From: Microbacteriaceae bacterium
GTDB lineage: Bacteria > Actinomycetota > Actinomycetes > Actinomycetales > Microbacteriaceae
Length of the DNA stretch: 64,000 nucleotides
Direction of reading: 5' to 3'
Assembly (NCBI GenBank): GCA_014377425.1
Contig: JACMPQ010000003.1
Coordinates: 8,952 to 72,951 of the forward strand
Under the pieces are notes generated by a model. It saw only the letters and a program-made list of their open reading frames with translations, was not told where the DNA came from and did not search any database. Made by a program: the position numbers and the translations under genes. Of this stretch, positions 20,353 to 29,071 are shown in pieces (positions within the stretch are counted from its first letter, which is position 1; the number at the start of each line of letters is the position of its first letter).

Positions 20353-21417
20353 CTACGGGCGCGGAATTACCGCAACCGCTCGGCCTCGCAGGCTCAATTG
20401 CACTCGCTCGCCAAGGGCCAGACTCACCCCGGCCTCGTGTTGCACCGACAGCTCGAGGCCGTCTTCCAGGCTCACGCGGGTGCGACGCAGCGAGCCAAGA
20501 AAGCTCGTGCCGATGACCATCGCCGGGGTACCGAAGGCAGAAAGCACGATGTCTTCCGGGCGCACCAGCGCGAACACCGCGCCATCGGGTTGCGGGGTGC
20601 CGAGCAATTGCAGCTCGGTTCCCAAAACCGTGACGCCGCCCGCGCGGAGTTGGCCCGGCATCCGGTTGGTAAGGCCAACAAATTCGGCGACGAACGGCGT
20701 TTCGGGGCTCGTGTAGAGCTCCTCGGGAGTACCGATCTGCTCGATGCGGCCCTCCCGCATGACAGCGACCCGATCGGCCACCGCGAGGGCCTCCTCCTGA
20801 TCGTGGGTAACAAACAGGGTGGTGATGCCTAATTCTGTTTGGATGCGACGGATCTCCTCGCGCAACTGCACGCGCACCTTGGCATCCAGGGCGCTCAGCG
20901 GCTCGTCGAGCAGCAGAACGCGGGGTCGGGTAACCAGCGCTCGGGCGAGGGCCACGCGCTGCTGCTGGCCACCGGATAACTGGTGGGCGTAGCGGCCGGC
21001 GAGGTGGCCGAGACCCACAAGTTCTAGGCTCTCAGCAGCGCGGCGGCGGCGTTCCGCGGCGGGAACGCGCCGCATCCGAAGCCCGAATTCCACGTTGTCT
21101 TGCGCGCTCAAATGCGGAAACAGTGAGTACGACTGAAACACCATGCCGATGTCGCGGCGGTTGACCGGAACATCCACCACGTCCTTTTCGTCGATGCGGA
21201 TGCTGCCGGCGTCGACCTGTTCGAGGCCCGCCAGTGCGCGCAGCGCGGTGGTCTTGCCGCAGCCCGAGGGGCCAAGCAGCGCCACGAACTCGCCCGGTCG
21301 CATCGACAGGCTGATGCCGTCCAGAGCGCGCTGTCCCCCATAGTTTTTGACCACCGAGCTGAGCTCAACGGTGGCACCGCGCACCGTCGTTGCGGGGGTG
21401 TCAACGGTAGTGGTCAT
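20353..21417 (-). CDS. ABC importer ATP-binding protein (PotA/FbpC-like, with a C-terminal TOBE-type domain)
   Basis: Walker A GPSGCGKTT, signature LSGGQQQRVALARAL, Walker B LLLDEPLSALD. Confidence 0.93.
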   Translation of the reverse strand: MTTTVDTPATTVRGATVELSSVVKNYGGQRALDGISLSMRPGEFVALLGPSGCGKTTALRALAGLEQVDAGSIRIDEKDVVDVPVNRRDIGMVFQSYSLFPHLSAQDNVEFGLRMRRVPAAERRRRAAESLELVGLGHLAGRYAHQLSGGQQQRVALARALVTRPRVLLLDEPLSALDAKVRVQLREEIRRIQTELGITTLFVTHDQEEALAVADRVAVMREGRIEQIGTPEELYTSPETPFVAEFVGLTNRMPGQLRAGGVTVLGTELQLLGTPQPDGAVFALVRPEDIVLSAFGTPAMVIGTSFLGSLRRTRVSLEDGLELSVQHEAGVSLALGERVQLSLRGRAVAVIPRP

Positions 21418-22247
21418 GAGGCGCTCCTTGGCGTGCCCGGGCGAGATGAGGAGACCCGGCCGATGATGAGTAGAAGTAGAAAGACAACGCCCAGTGCTAG
21501 CAGCGCAAAAATAACCGCTGCGTAGGCGTCGCTTTGCGAAAGCTGCAGCAGCGCGGTTTGCAGGTTGACGCGGTTGAGCAGCGACGCGATCGTGAACTCT
21601 CCGAGCACCACCGCGACGGAGATGAACGAAGCGGCTAAAATTCCCCGTCGAAGGTTCGGCAGCAGCACGTGCCAGAGCACGTTGCCCCAGCCGGCGCCGA
21701 GCGAGCGGGCCGCCTCACTGAGGGTGGCAACGTCGATGGCGCCGAGATTGGACTGGATGGCGCGATAGGCGTAGGGCAACACGGTGATTCCGTAGGCGAA
21801 GGCGAGGGTCCAGATGTCGCCACCGAAGACCGTAACCACTACGCCGTAAATCGGGGCGAGGCCGACAACGAGAACGATCGCGGGCACGGTGATCGGGATG
21901 ATGCAGACGAATTCGAGCACCCGGCGCAACCGCGCAAAGCGAATCTCTACCAGAATCATCGTCGGCAACAGGATGACCAGCACGATGGCGACCGTGACCA
22001 CGGCAAGGGTAAGCGAGTTACCGATTGCGGTGACGAGGTTGCTGTACAGATCCGCCTTGGCCGGGTTTGTAAGGTCGGTCCAGTGACTCACTGTGTGTTT
22101 TCCGGCGAGCCCGATTCGAAAGGTGAACTCCACCATTGCGGCGATCGGGATCAGAAAGACCAGCCCGACAACGGAGAGGATGACAACGCGCGCGAGGCGA
22201 CCGGGTTCGGCGCCGATCCGCACGGCAGTGCCGCTCATCGCTGCCAC
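21414..22247 (-). CDS. ABC importer permease
   Basis: 277 aa with 6 TM helices and an EAA-like loop (LSEAARSLGAGWGNVLWHVLLPNL). 4-nt overlap with the ATPase gene. Confidence 0.9.
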   Translation of the reverse strand: MAAMSGTAVRIGAEPGRLARVVILSVVGLVFLIPIAAMVEFTFRIGLAGKHTVSHWTDLTNPAKADLYSNLVTAIGNSLTLAVVTVAIVLVILLPTMILVEIRFARLRRVLEFVCIIPITVPAIVLVVGLAPIYGVVVTVFGGDIWTLAFAYGITVLPYAYRAIQSNLGAIDVATLSEAARSLGAGWGNVLWHVLLPNLRRGILAASFISVAVVLGEFTIASLLNRVNLQTALLQLSQSDAYAAVIFALLALGVVFLLLLIIGRVSSSRPGTPRSAS

Positions 22248-23170
22248 CGTGCCGTGCGCGACTGCAGCAGGGAGTACCCGGTCATTACCACGATCATCAC
22301 CACGACCATTCCGAGTGCCAGAGCGCCGGCCATGTTTTCCCGGCCGAGCACGGTCTCGCTGATCAGCGCGCTGCGAATCTGCAGGGGTACGATTTGCGAT
22401 CCCTGACTAATCAGCGCGGCGGCGGTAGCGTACGAGGAGAAGGCGTTCGCGAACAACAGCAGCAGACTCCCGAAAAACGACGGCGCTAAAACCGGGGCGG
22501 CGATGCGCGTCCAGTAGCTGAACTTGGTTCCGCCGAGGGTGGCGTTGGCTTCGGCCCACTGCGATTTGAGGCCCTCGAGCGCCGGCATGAAGGTGATGAT
22601 CATGAGCGGCACCTGGAAGTACAGGTAGGGAAGCACGAGCCCCGGTACCTGGTAGAGCCACACACCGTTGGCATAGATGTTGATTCCGAACTGGGTTTTC
22701 AGAAGCGTTGTTACGACGCCCTGAATACCGATGGTGGCGATGAAGGCGAAGGCGAGCATCACCCCGCCGAACTGCGCCAGCACGCTTGAAGCCGAGTCAA
22801 TGACGGTTCGAAGTGCCCCCGAAGATTTGGTACCCAGGAGCGCGTAACAGACCAAGGCGCCGATCACGGCACCGAGGACAGCGGTCAGTGCCGACACCCA
22901 AAACGAGCTAAAGAAGGTCATCAGGATCGTGGGGGTAAACAGCGCTGCAAGGTTGCCCAGGGTGAATGCGCCTTTTCCGGTGAAGAATCCGGTGGCCAGG
23001 GCGATCAGGGTGGGAAGCAGCAGAAACAGCAGTACGTAGGCGGCGAAGGGCGTAAGCCCGAGCATGGCGACCATGCCGCGGCCCCGACGGCGTACCGAGC
23101 TCGAAGGTTCCCTCGCCGGGGTGGGCGCTTCGAGGTTGGCGACGAGCGTCGGGGCGTTGGCAACGGTCAT
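22235..23170 (-). CDS. ABC importer permease
   Basis: 311 aa with 6 TM helices and an EAA-like loop (WAEANATLGGTKFSYWTRIAAPVL). Confidence 0.9.
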   Translation of the reverse strand: MTVANAPTLVANLEAPTPAREPSSSVRRRGRGMVAMLGLTPFAAYVLLFLLLPTLIALATGFFTGKGAFTLGNLAALFTPTILMTFFSSFWVSALTAVLGAVIGALVCYALLGTKSSGALRTVIDSASSVLAQFGGVMLAFAFIATIGIQGVVTTLLKTQFGINIYANGVWLYQVPGLVLPYLYFQVPLMIITFMPALEGLKSQWAEANATLGGTKFSYWTRIAAPVLAPSFFGSLLLLFANAFSSYATAAALISQGSQIVPLQIRSALISETVLGRENMAGALALGMVVVMIVVMTGYSLLQSRTARWQR

Positions 23171-23179
23171 AATTCGGTC

Positions 23180-24298
23180 TTAGCCGATCGCTGCGGCCCA
23201 GGAAGCGGCGAGAAGAGCCGCTCCCTTTGCTGCCTGAGCGTCGGTCGGAGTGACCTGCTTGTCGAGCTTTCCGAGGGTTTCCAGGGCCATCTTGTCGATT
23301 TTGCCCGAGGAGGTGAGCGCGGCGATGGTCACCGGGTAGGCGCCGCCCACGAGGAAGGCATTCTGGCCCTCAGCCGAGAAGATATATTCCTGCCAGAGGC
23401 GCGCGGCGGCCGGATGCGGCGCATCCTTGTTAATGGCCTGGTTGTAGTAGCTCGTGTACGCCGTGCCGGGAAGGGTCGTGACCTTCCAGCCGGGAACAAC
23501 AGCGGACTGCGCCAGGTTGTTGTAGCTCCAGTCGAAGACGAGCTTGGTCTCGCCCGAGGCGATGGTCTGCGGAGACGCGTCGACGGGGATGAAGTTGCCG
23601 GCCTTGTTGAGCTTGGTGATGAAGTCGATGCCCGGCTTGAAGTCATCCAGGCTCCCCCCGTTTTGTACCGAGAGCAGCCCGATGGCAGCGAACGCCGCAC
23701 CCGCCTGCGTCGGGTCGCCGTTCAGGGCAACCGCACCCTTGTAGACGGGTTTGAGCAGGTCGGCGATCGCTGTGGGCTTGGGGAGCTTGGTCGAGTCGTA
23801 GCCGATCGACATGCTCCCGGTGTAGTCGTTGACGTGCATGCCGGAGGCCTCTTTGTTGGCAGCCGGAATGTCTTTCCAGTTGGCGACCTTGTAGGGCGCG
23901 AAGTATTCGGTGCTGCTCAGGGTTACGGCGGCGCCGAGATCGAAGACGTCGGGGGCGGTGGCCTGACCCTTGAGGTTTTTGGCCGCGGTGATCTCTTCGG
24001 CGCTCGAGACGTCGGGAGAAGCGGAGTTGACCGTGATGCCGTACTTTTTGGCGAATGCCGTCTTGATGGCGCCGTAGTTGGCCCAGTCGTTGGGAAGCGC
24101 GATGACGTTGAGCGCGCCCTCCTTCTTTGCCGCCGTGACGAGATCGGCGAGTCCGCCAAACGCCTCGGCGCTGGTGGCGGTGGCGGCGTTGACGGGAGCC
24201 ATGGAGGCGGCCGGCGGGGTGGCTGCGGAGCAGCCGACGAGGGAGACGGATACGGCTGCTGCTGTGACGAGTCCGGTGAGGTGACGCTTGGTGAACAC
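23180..24298 (-). CDS. ABC importer substrate-binding lipoprotein (PotD/Fe3+-type family)
   Basis: The GTG at 24298 is preceded by AAAGGAA. Lipobox LVGCSA. The longest ORF extends to 24340. Confidence 0.85.
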   Translation of the reverse strand: MFTKRHLTGLVTAAAVSVSLVGCSAATPPAASMAPVNAATATSAEAFGGLADLVTAAKKEGALNVIALPNDWANYGAIKTAFAKKYGITVNSASPDVSSAEEITAAKNLKGQATAPDVFDLGAAVTLSSTEYFAPYKVANWKDIPAANKEASGMHVNDYTGSMSIGYDSTKLPKPTAIADLLKPVYKGAVALNGDPTQAGAAFAAIGLLSVQNGGSLDDFKPGIDFITKLNKAGNFIPVDASPQTIASGETKLVFDWSYNNLAQSAVVPGWKVTTLPGTAYTSYYNQAINKDAPHPAAARLWQEYIFSAEGQNAFLVGGAYPVTIAALTSSGKIDKMALETLGKLDKQVTPTDAQAAKGAALLAASWAAAIG

Positions 24299-24481
24299 GG
24301 GTTTTCCTTTCAGGGATCCGGCCGGCCGCCGCACATTCAATGCGGTGGGGAACCGGCTTGACCAGCTTCGAATCTAGGTACCGAGATGACGCGATGGGTA
24401 TGCTCACGGTAACCGCGGTGTAAACAAATCACTAACAATTCCCGCGATCACCACTAAAACCCAAGCTCAGGGGGGTTCGCG

Positions 24482-25729
24482 ATGGTGGAACGTATTTCTG
24501 TGCGACAGGCGCGGAGGATCGCCCTCGCCGCTCAAGGCTTTGGCACGCGAATGACGGCGGCTGCCGGCATCCGGTCGACAGAGCACACCATTGCGCAACG
24601 GCCAGAGCGCGCAATTAACCGCACCATCGGCCGTCTCGGACTTGTGCAACTGGACTCGGTGAACGTTTTCGAACGCAGCCATTACCTCCCGCTATTTGCC
24701 CGCATCGGCGCCTACGATCGGGCCGAATTCGACCGGCTCGCCTTCTCCGGACCCGGTGATTACGTGGAGTACTGGGCCCACCAGGCCGCGATCATTCCGG
24801 TGCCATCGTGGCCGCTTTTTCGCTGGCGCATGGCAGAGCTTCGGGAGCGCTATGGCAGCACCGCGGACGGGTGGGTGGCGAGCAATCAGCCGATGCTCGA
24901 CTGGCTGCGCGCCGAACTGCTGCACACCGGCCCGATACCGGCCCGCAAGATCGAGCACGATGCCAACCGGCGTAGCGGATCGTGGTGGGGCTGGTCGGAG
25001 GTGAAGACCGGGCTCGAGTATCTTTTTCTGTTCGGCGAGGTTTCCACCGCCGGGCGCACGAGATTCGAGCGGCACTACGGCCTCGCCGAACAGGTGTTAC
25101 CGCGGCACATTCTCGATACGGAGGTGCCGCGCGAGGACGCCATTCGGGAGCTAATGCGCGCGGCGGCGCGAGCGCACGGTGTCGGCACGCGTGACGACTT
25201 CGCCGACTATTTTCGGCTCAAACGCGCCCCTGCCGAGGCGGCACTGCACGACCTCGTCGATGCCGGGGAGCTCGTGCAGGTTTCGGTTCAGGGGTGGGAG
25301 TCTCCCGCCTACCTCCATCGTGACGCGCGCACGCCGCGCACAATTTCGGCCACGGCCTTGCTCTCGCCCTTTGACCCGGTGCTCTGGTACCGGCCGCGGG
25401 CTGAGCGACTCTTCGACTTTCACTACCGGATAGAGATTTATACCCCGGCCGCCAAGCGCGTGTTCGGCTACTATTCGTTGCCGATCCTCATCGACGATCG
25501 TGTGGTGGGACGAATCGATCTTAAAAGCGACCGCCAGAACCGGGTGCTGCGGGTCCAGTCGGCGTGGAGCGAACCGGATACCCCACCCGATACCGCAGCA
25601 CGAACGGCCGAGCTCCTGCGCTCGGCGGCCCACTGGCAGGGGCTTGAATCGTTAGCCGTCACCGATCGGGGCACACTCGCGCGGGCGATCGCGGGCGAGC
25701 TGGGGGTTGTGACAGCGCTAAAGAGCTAG
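24482..25729 (+). CDS. Winged-helix DNA glycosylase of the YcaQ/AlkZ-like family
   Basis: 415 aa. The N-terminus ISVRQARRIALAAQGF and the overall pattern are typical of YcaQ-family proteins. Confidence 0.75.
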   Translation: MVERISVRQARRIALAAQGFGTRMTAAAGIRSTEHTIAQRPERAINRTIGRLGLVQLDSVNVFERSHYLPLFARIGAYDRAEFDRLAFSGPGDYVEYWAHQAAIIPVPSWPLFRWRMAELRERYGSTADGWVASNQPMLDWLRAELLHTGPIPARKIEHDANRRSGSWWGWSEVKTGLEYLFLFGEVSTAGRTRFERHYGLAEQVLPRHILDTEVPREDAIRELMRAAARAHGVGTRDDFADYFRLKRAPAEAALHDLVDAGELVQVSVQGWESPAYLHRDARTPRTISATALLSPFDPVLWYRPRAERLFDFHYRIEIYTPAAKRVFGYYSLPILIDDRVVGRIDLKSDRQNRVLRVQSAWSEPDTPPDTAARTAELLRSAAHWQGLESLAVTDRGTLARAIAGELGVVTALKS

Positions 25730-26628
25730 AAGCCGAGCCCGCTCTTACGCAGCCGCTCAACCCGCTCGGCCAGCGGTGGATGGGTACTGAACAGGCGATC
25801 CATGATGCCTGGCTTGGTTGGGTCCGCAATCCACATGTGCGCCATGGTGGAGTTTTGTCGCTGCATCGGGCGGCCGTAGGCCCCGAGCTTCTCCAATGCG
25901 CTCGCGAGGGCATCCGGATGCCGCGTGGTGAGCGCCCCGGTGGCGTCGGCCAAATACTCCCGCTGGCGCGACACCGCCGACTGCACCACGGCCGCAACCA
26001 GCGGTGCGACCAGAATCGCGACCAACCCGAACACGAGCAGGAACGGGTTGCCACCTCCCCCGCCGCCATTGTTGTTGTCGCGGTTGTTGTTGCCGCCACC
26101 GAAGAATGCGAAGCGCAAAAACATGTCCGCGATAAAACCGACGGCCACCACGAGACCGAACACGATCATCGACACTCGGATGTCGTAATTTTGCACGTGA
26201 CCAAGTTCGTGCGCCATGACACCCTCGAGTTCTGCGTCATCCATGATGTCGAGGAGCCCGGTGGTGGCGGCGACGACGGCATGCTGCGGGTCGCGGCCGG
26301 TGGCAAACGCGTTGGGTGCCGGGTCGTTCACGATGTACACCTTCGGCATCGGCATGCCGGTGGTGATCGACAGATTTTCGACGATGCGGTACAGCCGCGG
26401 ATTGTCGGACTTCTGAATTTCGATCGCTCCGCTCATCAGCACCGCCTGGCCGCTGGCGGCGAAGTACTGGATGAGGGCGTAGCCAGCGGCGATCACAAGG
26501 GTCACAATCACGATCGTGGTGTTTCCGTAGACGACGCTGGCGAGATAGCCGAGCCCACCAATGATCAACAAAAAAAGCGCAATGATCAGAATGGTGTTGC
26601 GCTTGTTCGCTGCTATCGCCCGGTACAT
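25726..26628 (-). CDS. htpX: Zinc metalloprotease HtpX (M48)
   Basis: HELGHVQNYD zinc motif, 4 TM helices, and a GGGNNNRDNNNGGGGGGN low-complexity loop. Confidence 0.92.
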   Translation of the reverse strand: MYRAIAANKRNTILIIALFLLIIGGLGYLASVVYGNTTIVIVTLVIAAGYALIQYFAASGQAVLMSGAIEIQKSDNPRLYRIVENLSITTGMPMPKVYIVNDPAPNAFATGRDPQHAVVAATTGLLDIMDDAELEGVMAHELGHVQNYDIRVSMIVFGLVVAVGFIADMFLRFAFFGGGNNNRDNNNGGGGGGNPFLLVFGLVAILVAPLVAAVVQSAVSRQREYLADATGALTTRHPDALASALEKLGAYGRPMQRQNSTMAHMWIADPTKPGIMDRLFSTHPPLAERVERLRKSGLGF

Positions 26629-26681
26629 GTCACTCTTTGCTGGTCGTCGTGCTGATCAAGATCGTGGTCAACATGCAGATT

Positions 26682-27248
26682 TTAGAACTGCACCCGCGGC
26701 GGCTCGGCGATGGCGGCACGGTCGGCGACCTCAAAAAAGTCTCGGGCCGCGAATCCGAGGCGCTTGGCAAACAGCGTGTTCGGAAACTGCTTCACCTTTG
26801 TGTTGAGTTCCCGCACCCCGCCGTTGTAGAAGCGGCGCGACGCCTGCACCTTGTCTTCTGTGTCAACCAACTCTGCCTGCAGCTGCAAAAAGTTTTGGCT
26901 GGCCTGTAATTGCGGGTAGGCCTCCGCGACGGCGAAGATGCTCTTGAGCGCGGTCTGCATGTGATTTTCAGCCACTGAGGTGTCAGCCGGGCCCTGCGCA
27001 CTGAGGGTTTCGGCGCGCGCCTTGGTGACAGCTTCAAATACGCCGCGCTCGTGCGCGGCGTAGCCCTTCACCGACTCGATGAGGTTCGGGAGGAGGTCGG
27101 CGCGGCGCTTGAGCTGCACCGTGATGTCGCTCCAGGCCTCATCTACCCGCACGTTCAGGGTGACCAAACCGTTGTAGGTCGACCAAAGGTAGATCCCGAC
27201 GATGATGGCCAATACAACGATGACCCCGACAACGATGAGCAGTTCCAT
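26682..27248 (-). CDS. lemA: LemA family protein
   Basis: The ATG at 27248 (MELLIVVG...) is preceded by GGGAG. LemA core YNGLVTLNVRVDEAWSDITVQLKRRADLLPNL. The 27341 extension is rejected. Confidence 0.88.
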   Translation of the reverse strand: MELLIVVGVIVVLAIIVGIYLWSTYNGLVTLNVRVDEAWSDITVQLKRRADLLPNLIESVKGYAAHERGVFEAVTKARAETLSAQGPADTSVAENHMQTALKSIFAVAEAYPQLQASQNFLQLQAELVDTEDKVQASRRFYNGGVRELNTKVKQFPNTLFAKRLGFAARDFFEVADRAAIAEPPRVQF

Positions 27249-27371
27249 GACTCCCAGCATAGCGAGGGGCGCTGACTGCGCTCTGCCGATCGGCGACGCG
27301 GAGCCCCGTTGACCGGCGTCGCCGCACTCCAGCTGAGCCACCGACTCGGGCGGGTTGGTTACTCTGGACGG

Positions 27372-27812
27372 ATGACTTTTGCCGCAGCCCAGCCCAGCGA
27401 ATCACCCCGCGGCACCGCTCCGGTCATTCGTATCTCCCCGATTCTCGCCGCGGCCATCGACCTGTTGCTGATCGCGGTCTTCGTATTGATCGGCCGGGGA
27501 AGCCACGCCGAGGCGGGCACGGCATCCGGGTTTCTTGCGACGCTGTGGCCATTCGCGGCGGGCGCGCTGCTGGGGTGGTTACTGGGTCGGGTGTGGCGGC
27601 ATCCGGTTCAGATTCGCTTCACCGGTCTGCTGATTGTCGGATGCACCGTGGTGTTGGGCATGCTGCTGCGCGGGTTGAGCGGACAACTGGTGGCCCCGGC
27701 CTTTATCGCGGTCACCACCGTGGTGCTGAGCATATTTTTGCTCGGCTGGCGGGCGATTGCCCGGTCCATTCTGCGCCGTCGTGTTTCGCGACCGCGCTCG
27801 AGCCGAGCCTAG
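27372..27812 (+). CDS. DUF3054-like integral membrane protein
   Basis: About 146 aa with 4 TM helices and IAVFVLIGRGSHAE. The start at the 27372 ATG is chosen over 27309. Confidence 0.65.
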   Translation: MTFAAAQPSESPRGTAPVIRISPILAAAIDLLLIAVFVLIGRGSHAEAGTASGFLATLWPFAAGALLGWLLGRVWRHPVQIRFTGLLIVGCTVVLGMLLRGLSGQLVAPAFIAVTTVVLSIFLLGWRAIARSILRRRVSRPRSSRA

Positions 27813-28415
27813 GTGCCGCCGCCTCCGGTGCCGCTCGGCATTTTGCTGGCGGCGGGCGGTGGAACCCGCATGGGTCGGCCGAAGGCTCTCGTGCACGACG
27901 AACTCGGCCGTTCGTGGTTGGCGCACACGGCCGGAACCCTGGTGGGGGCCGGCTGTGCACGGGTTCTGGTGGTGCTGGGAGCCGAGCTTTCGGCGGCCCG
28001 TGCACTGCTCCCGAGCGACCCACGGTTTGCGGTGGTCGAAGTCGATGACTGGCGAAGTGGTCTGTCGGCCTCGCTCGCGGCCGGCCTACGAGCGGCTCAA
28101 AAAACGGATGCCACCGCCGTGGTCATCACCCTCGTCGACCTCCCCGGGCTGCCGGTGGCCGTGATCACTCGGATGCTGGCCGAAATTGCAGCGGATCCCG
28201 CCACTACCCTCTGCCAGGCCAGCTACCGCGGCGACCCCGGACATCCCGTGGTGATCGGACGGCAACACTGGACACCGCTGATCGACATCCTCGCCGGAGA
28301 CACCGGGGGCCGCAGCTATTTGCTCGGACACGGGGTGGTCGCGGTGGAGTGCGGCGACCTTTGGCACGGGCGGGATGTCGACAGCTACCCCGCGTCGGCA
28401 CCCTCCCCGGCCTGA
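27813..28415 (+). CDS. MobA-like NTP transferase (nucleotidyltransferase family)
   Basis: GILLAAGGGTRMGRPKAL glycine-rich NTP loop, and LVDLPG. Confidence 0.8.
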   Translation: MPPPPVPLGILLAAGGGTRMGRPKALVHDELGRSWLAHTAGTLVGAGCARVLVVLGAELSAARALLPSDPRFAVVEVDDWRSGLSASLAAGLRAAQKTDATAVVITLVDLPGLPVAVITRMLAEIAADPATTLCQASYRGDPGHPVVIGRQHWTPLIDILAGDTGGRSYLLGHGVVAVECGDLWHGRDVDSYPASAPSPA

Positions 28416-29059
28416 ACGGCACCCTCTTCAGCCTGAGCCGCATCCTCTGAAGCCTTGGCCACACCCTGCACAGCCTGAGCAGCACCCTCCAATGCCTCAG
28501 CAGCACCCTCCAACGCCTGAGCAGCCGCCCGCCAAGCCAGGAGCGCACAGTCTGCGCGAAGTGGCAGACGGCCAATTCCGGCGAACGCCACCGCCGAGCC
28601 AAGGCCGGTGGCCGCGGAAAGCGCGTCAAGTCGGTCGAGGTCATTGGCGTTATTGGCGCTGGGGTCGAGGGCGCTTGCGACGTCCTCCAGAAAAACACCG
28701 TCAGCACGCACGAGTGCTTCGAACCGCGTCTTGAGCACAAAAAAATCACCGGTGTCGATTTCGCAAAACATCTCGGCGAGCGCCGACGCTGACGCCATCG
28801 ACACCGTGCAGCCGTGCCCACTCCAACGAACGCGGTCGATCCGAACCTCACCGAGCTGAACCTCGCCCGCCGTTCGCGAGCCGACCCGCCGCGATACCGT
28901 CAGCTCCACAGTTACCTCATCACCGCAGGCCGGACTGGTGAGCCGAAGCGGTGCCAGCACAACGGAATCAGCGTCGACGCTCGCAGCATCCAGCCACACC
29001 ACCTCGAACCCGAGCCGAGCGCGCTCGAGGTCGACGATTAACTGCTCCTGAAGGTTCAT
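28385..29059 (-). CDS. SufU/IscU-like Fe-S scaffold homologue with a heptad-repeat tail
   Basis: All three Cys contexts are present (SPACGDEV, GHGCTVSMASAS, RADCALLAW). The C-terminus is 6 x 7-aa repeats encoded by 21-bp tandem repeats at 28409..28535. Confidence 0.7.
   Translation of the reverse strand: MNLQEQLIVDLERARLGFEVVWLDAASVDADSVVLAPLRLTSPACGDEVTVELTVSRRVGSRTAGEVQLGEVRIDRVRWSGHGCTVSMASASALAEMFCEIDTGDFFVLKTRFEALVRADGVFLEDVASALDPSANNANDLDRLDALSAATGLGSAVAFAGIGRLPLRADCALLAWRAAAQALEGAAEALEGAAQAVQGVAKASEDAAQAEEGAVQAGEGADAG
28409..28535. repeat. 21-bp tandem repeat x6 (gcctgagcagcaccctccaaY-like), in frame
   Basis: Read directly from the sequence. Encodes AAQALEG / AAEALEG / AAQAVQG and similar units. 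Confidence 0.85.
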
Positions 29060-29071
29060 TCGTTGAAAGTC

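Noticed and set aside
25726-25729. Convergent YcaQ and htpX genes share the tetranucleotide CTAG as overlapping stop codons.
   Set aside because: The overlap is real but is a trivial consequence of compact gene packing, with no functional implication I can support.
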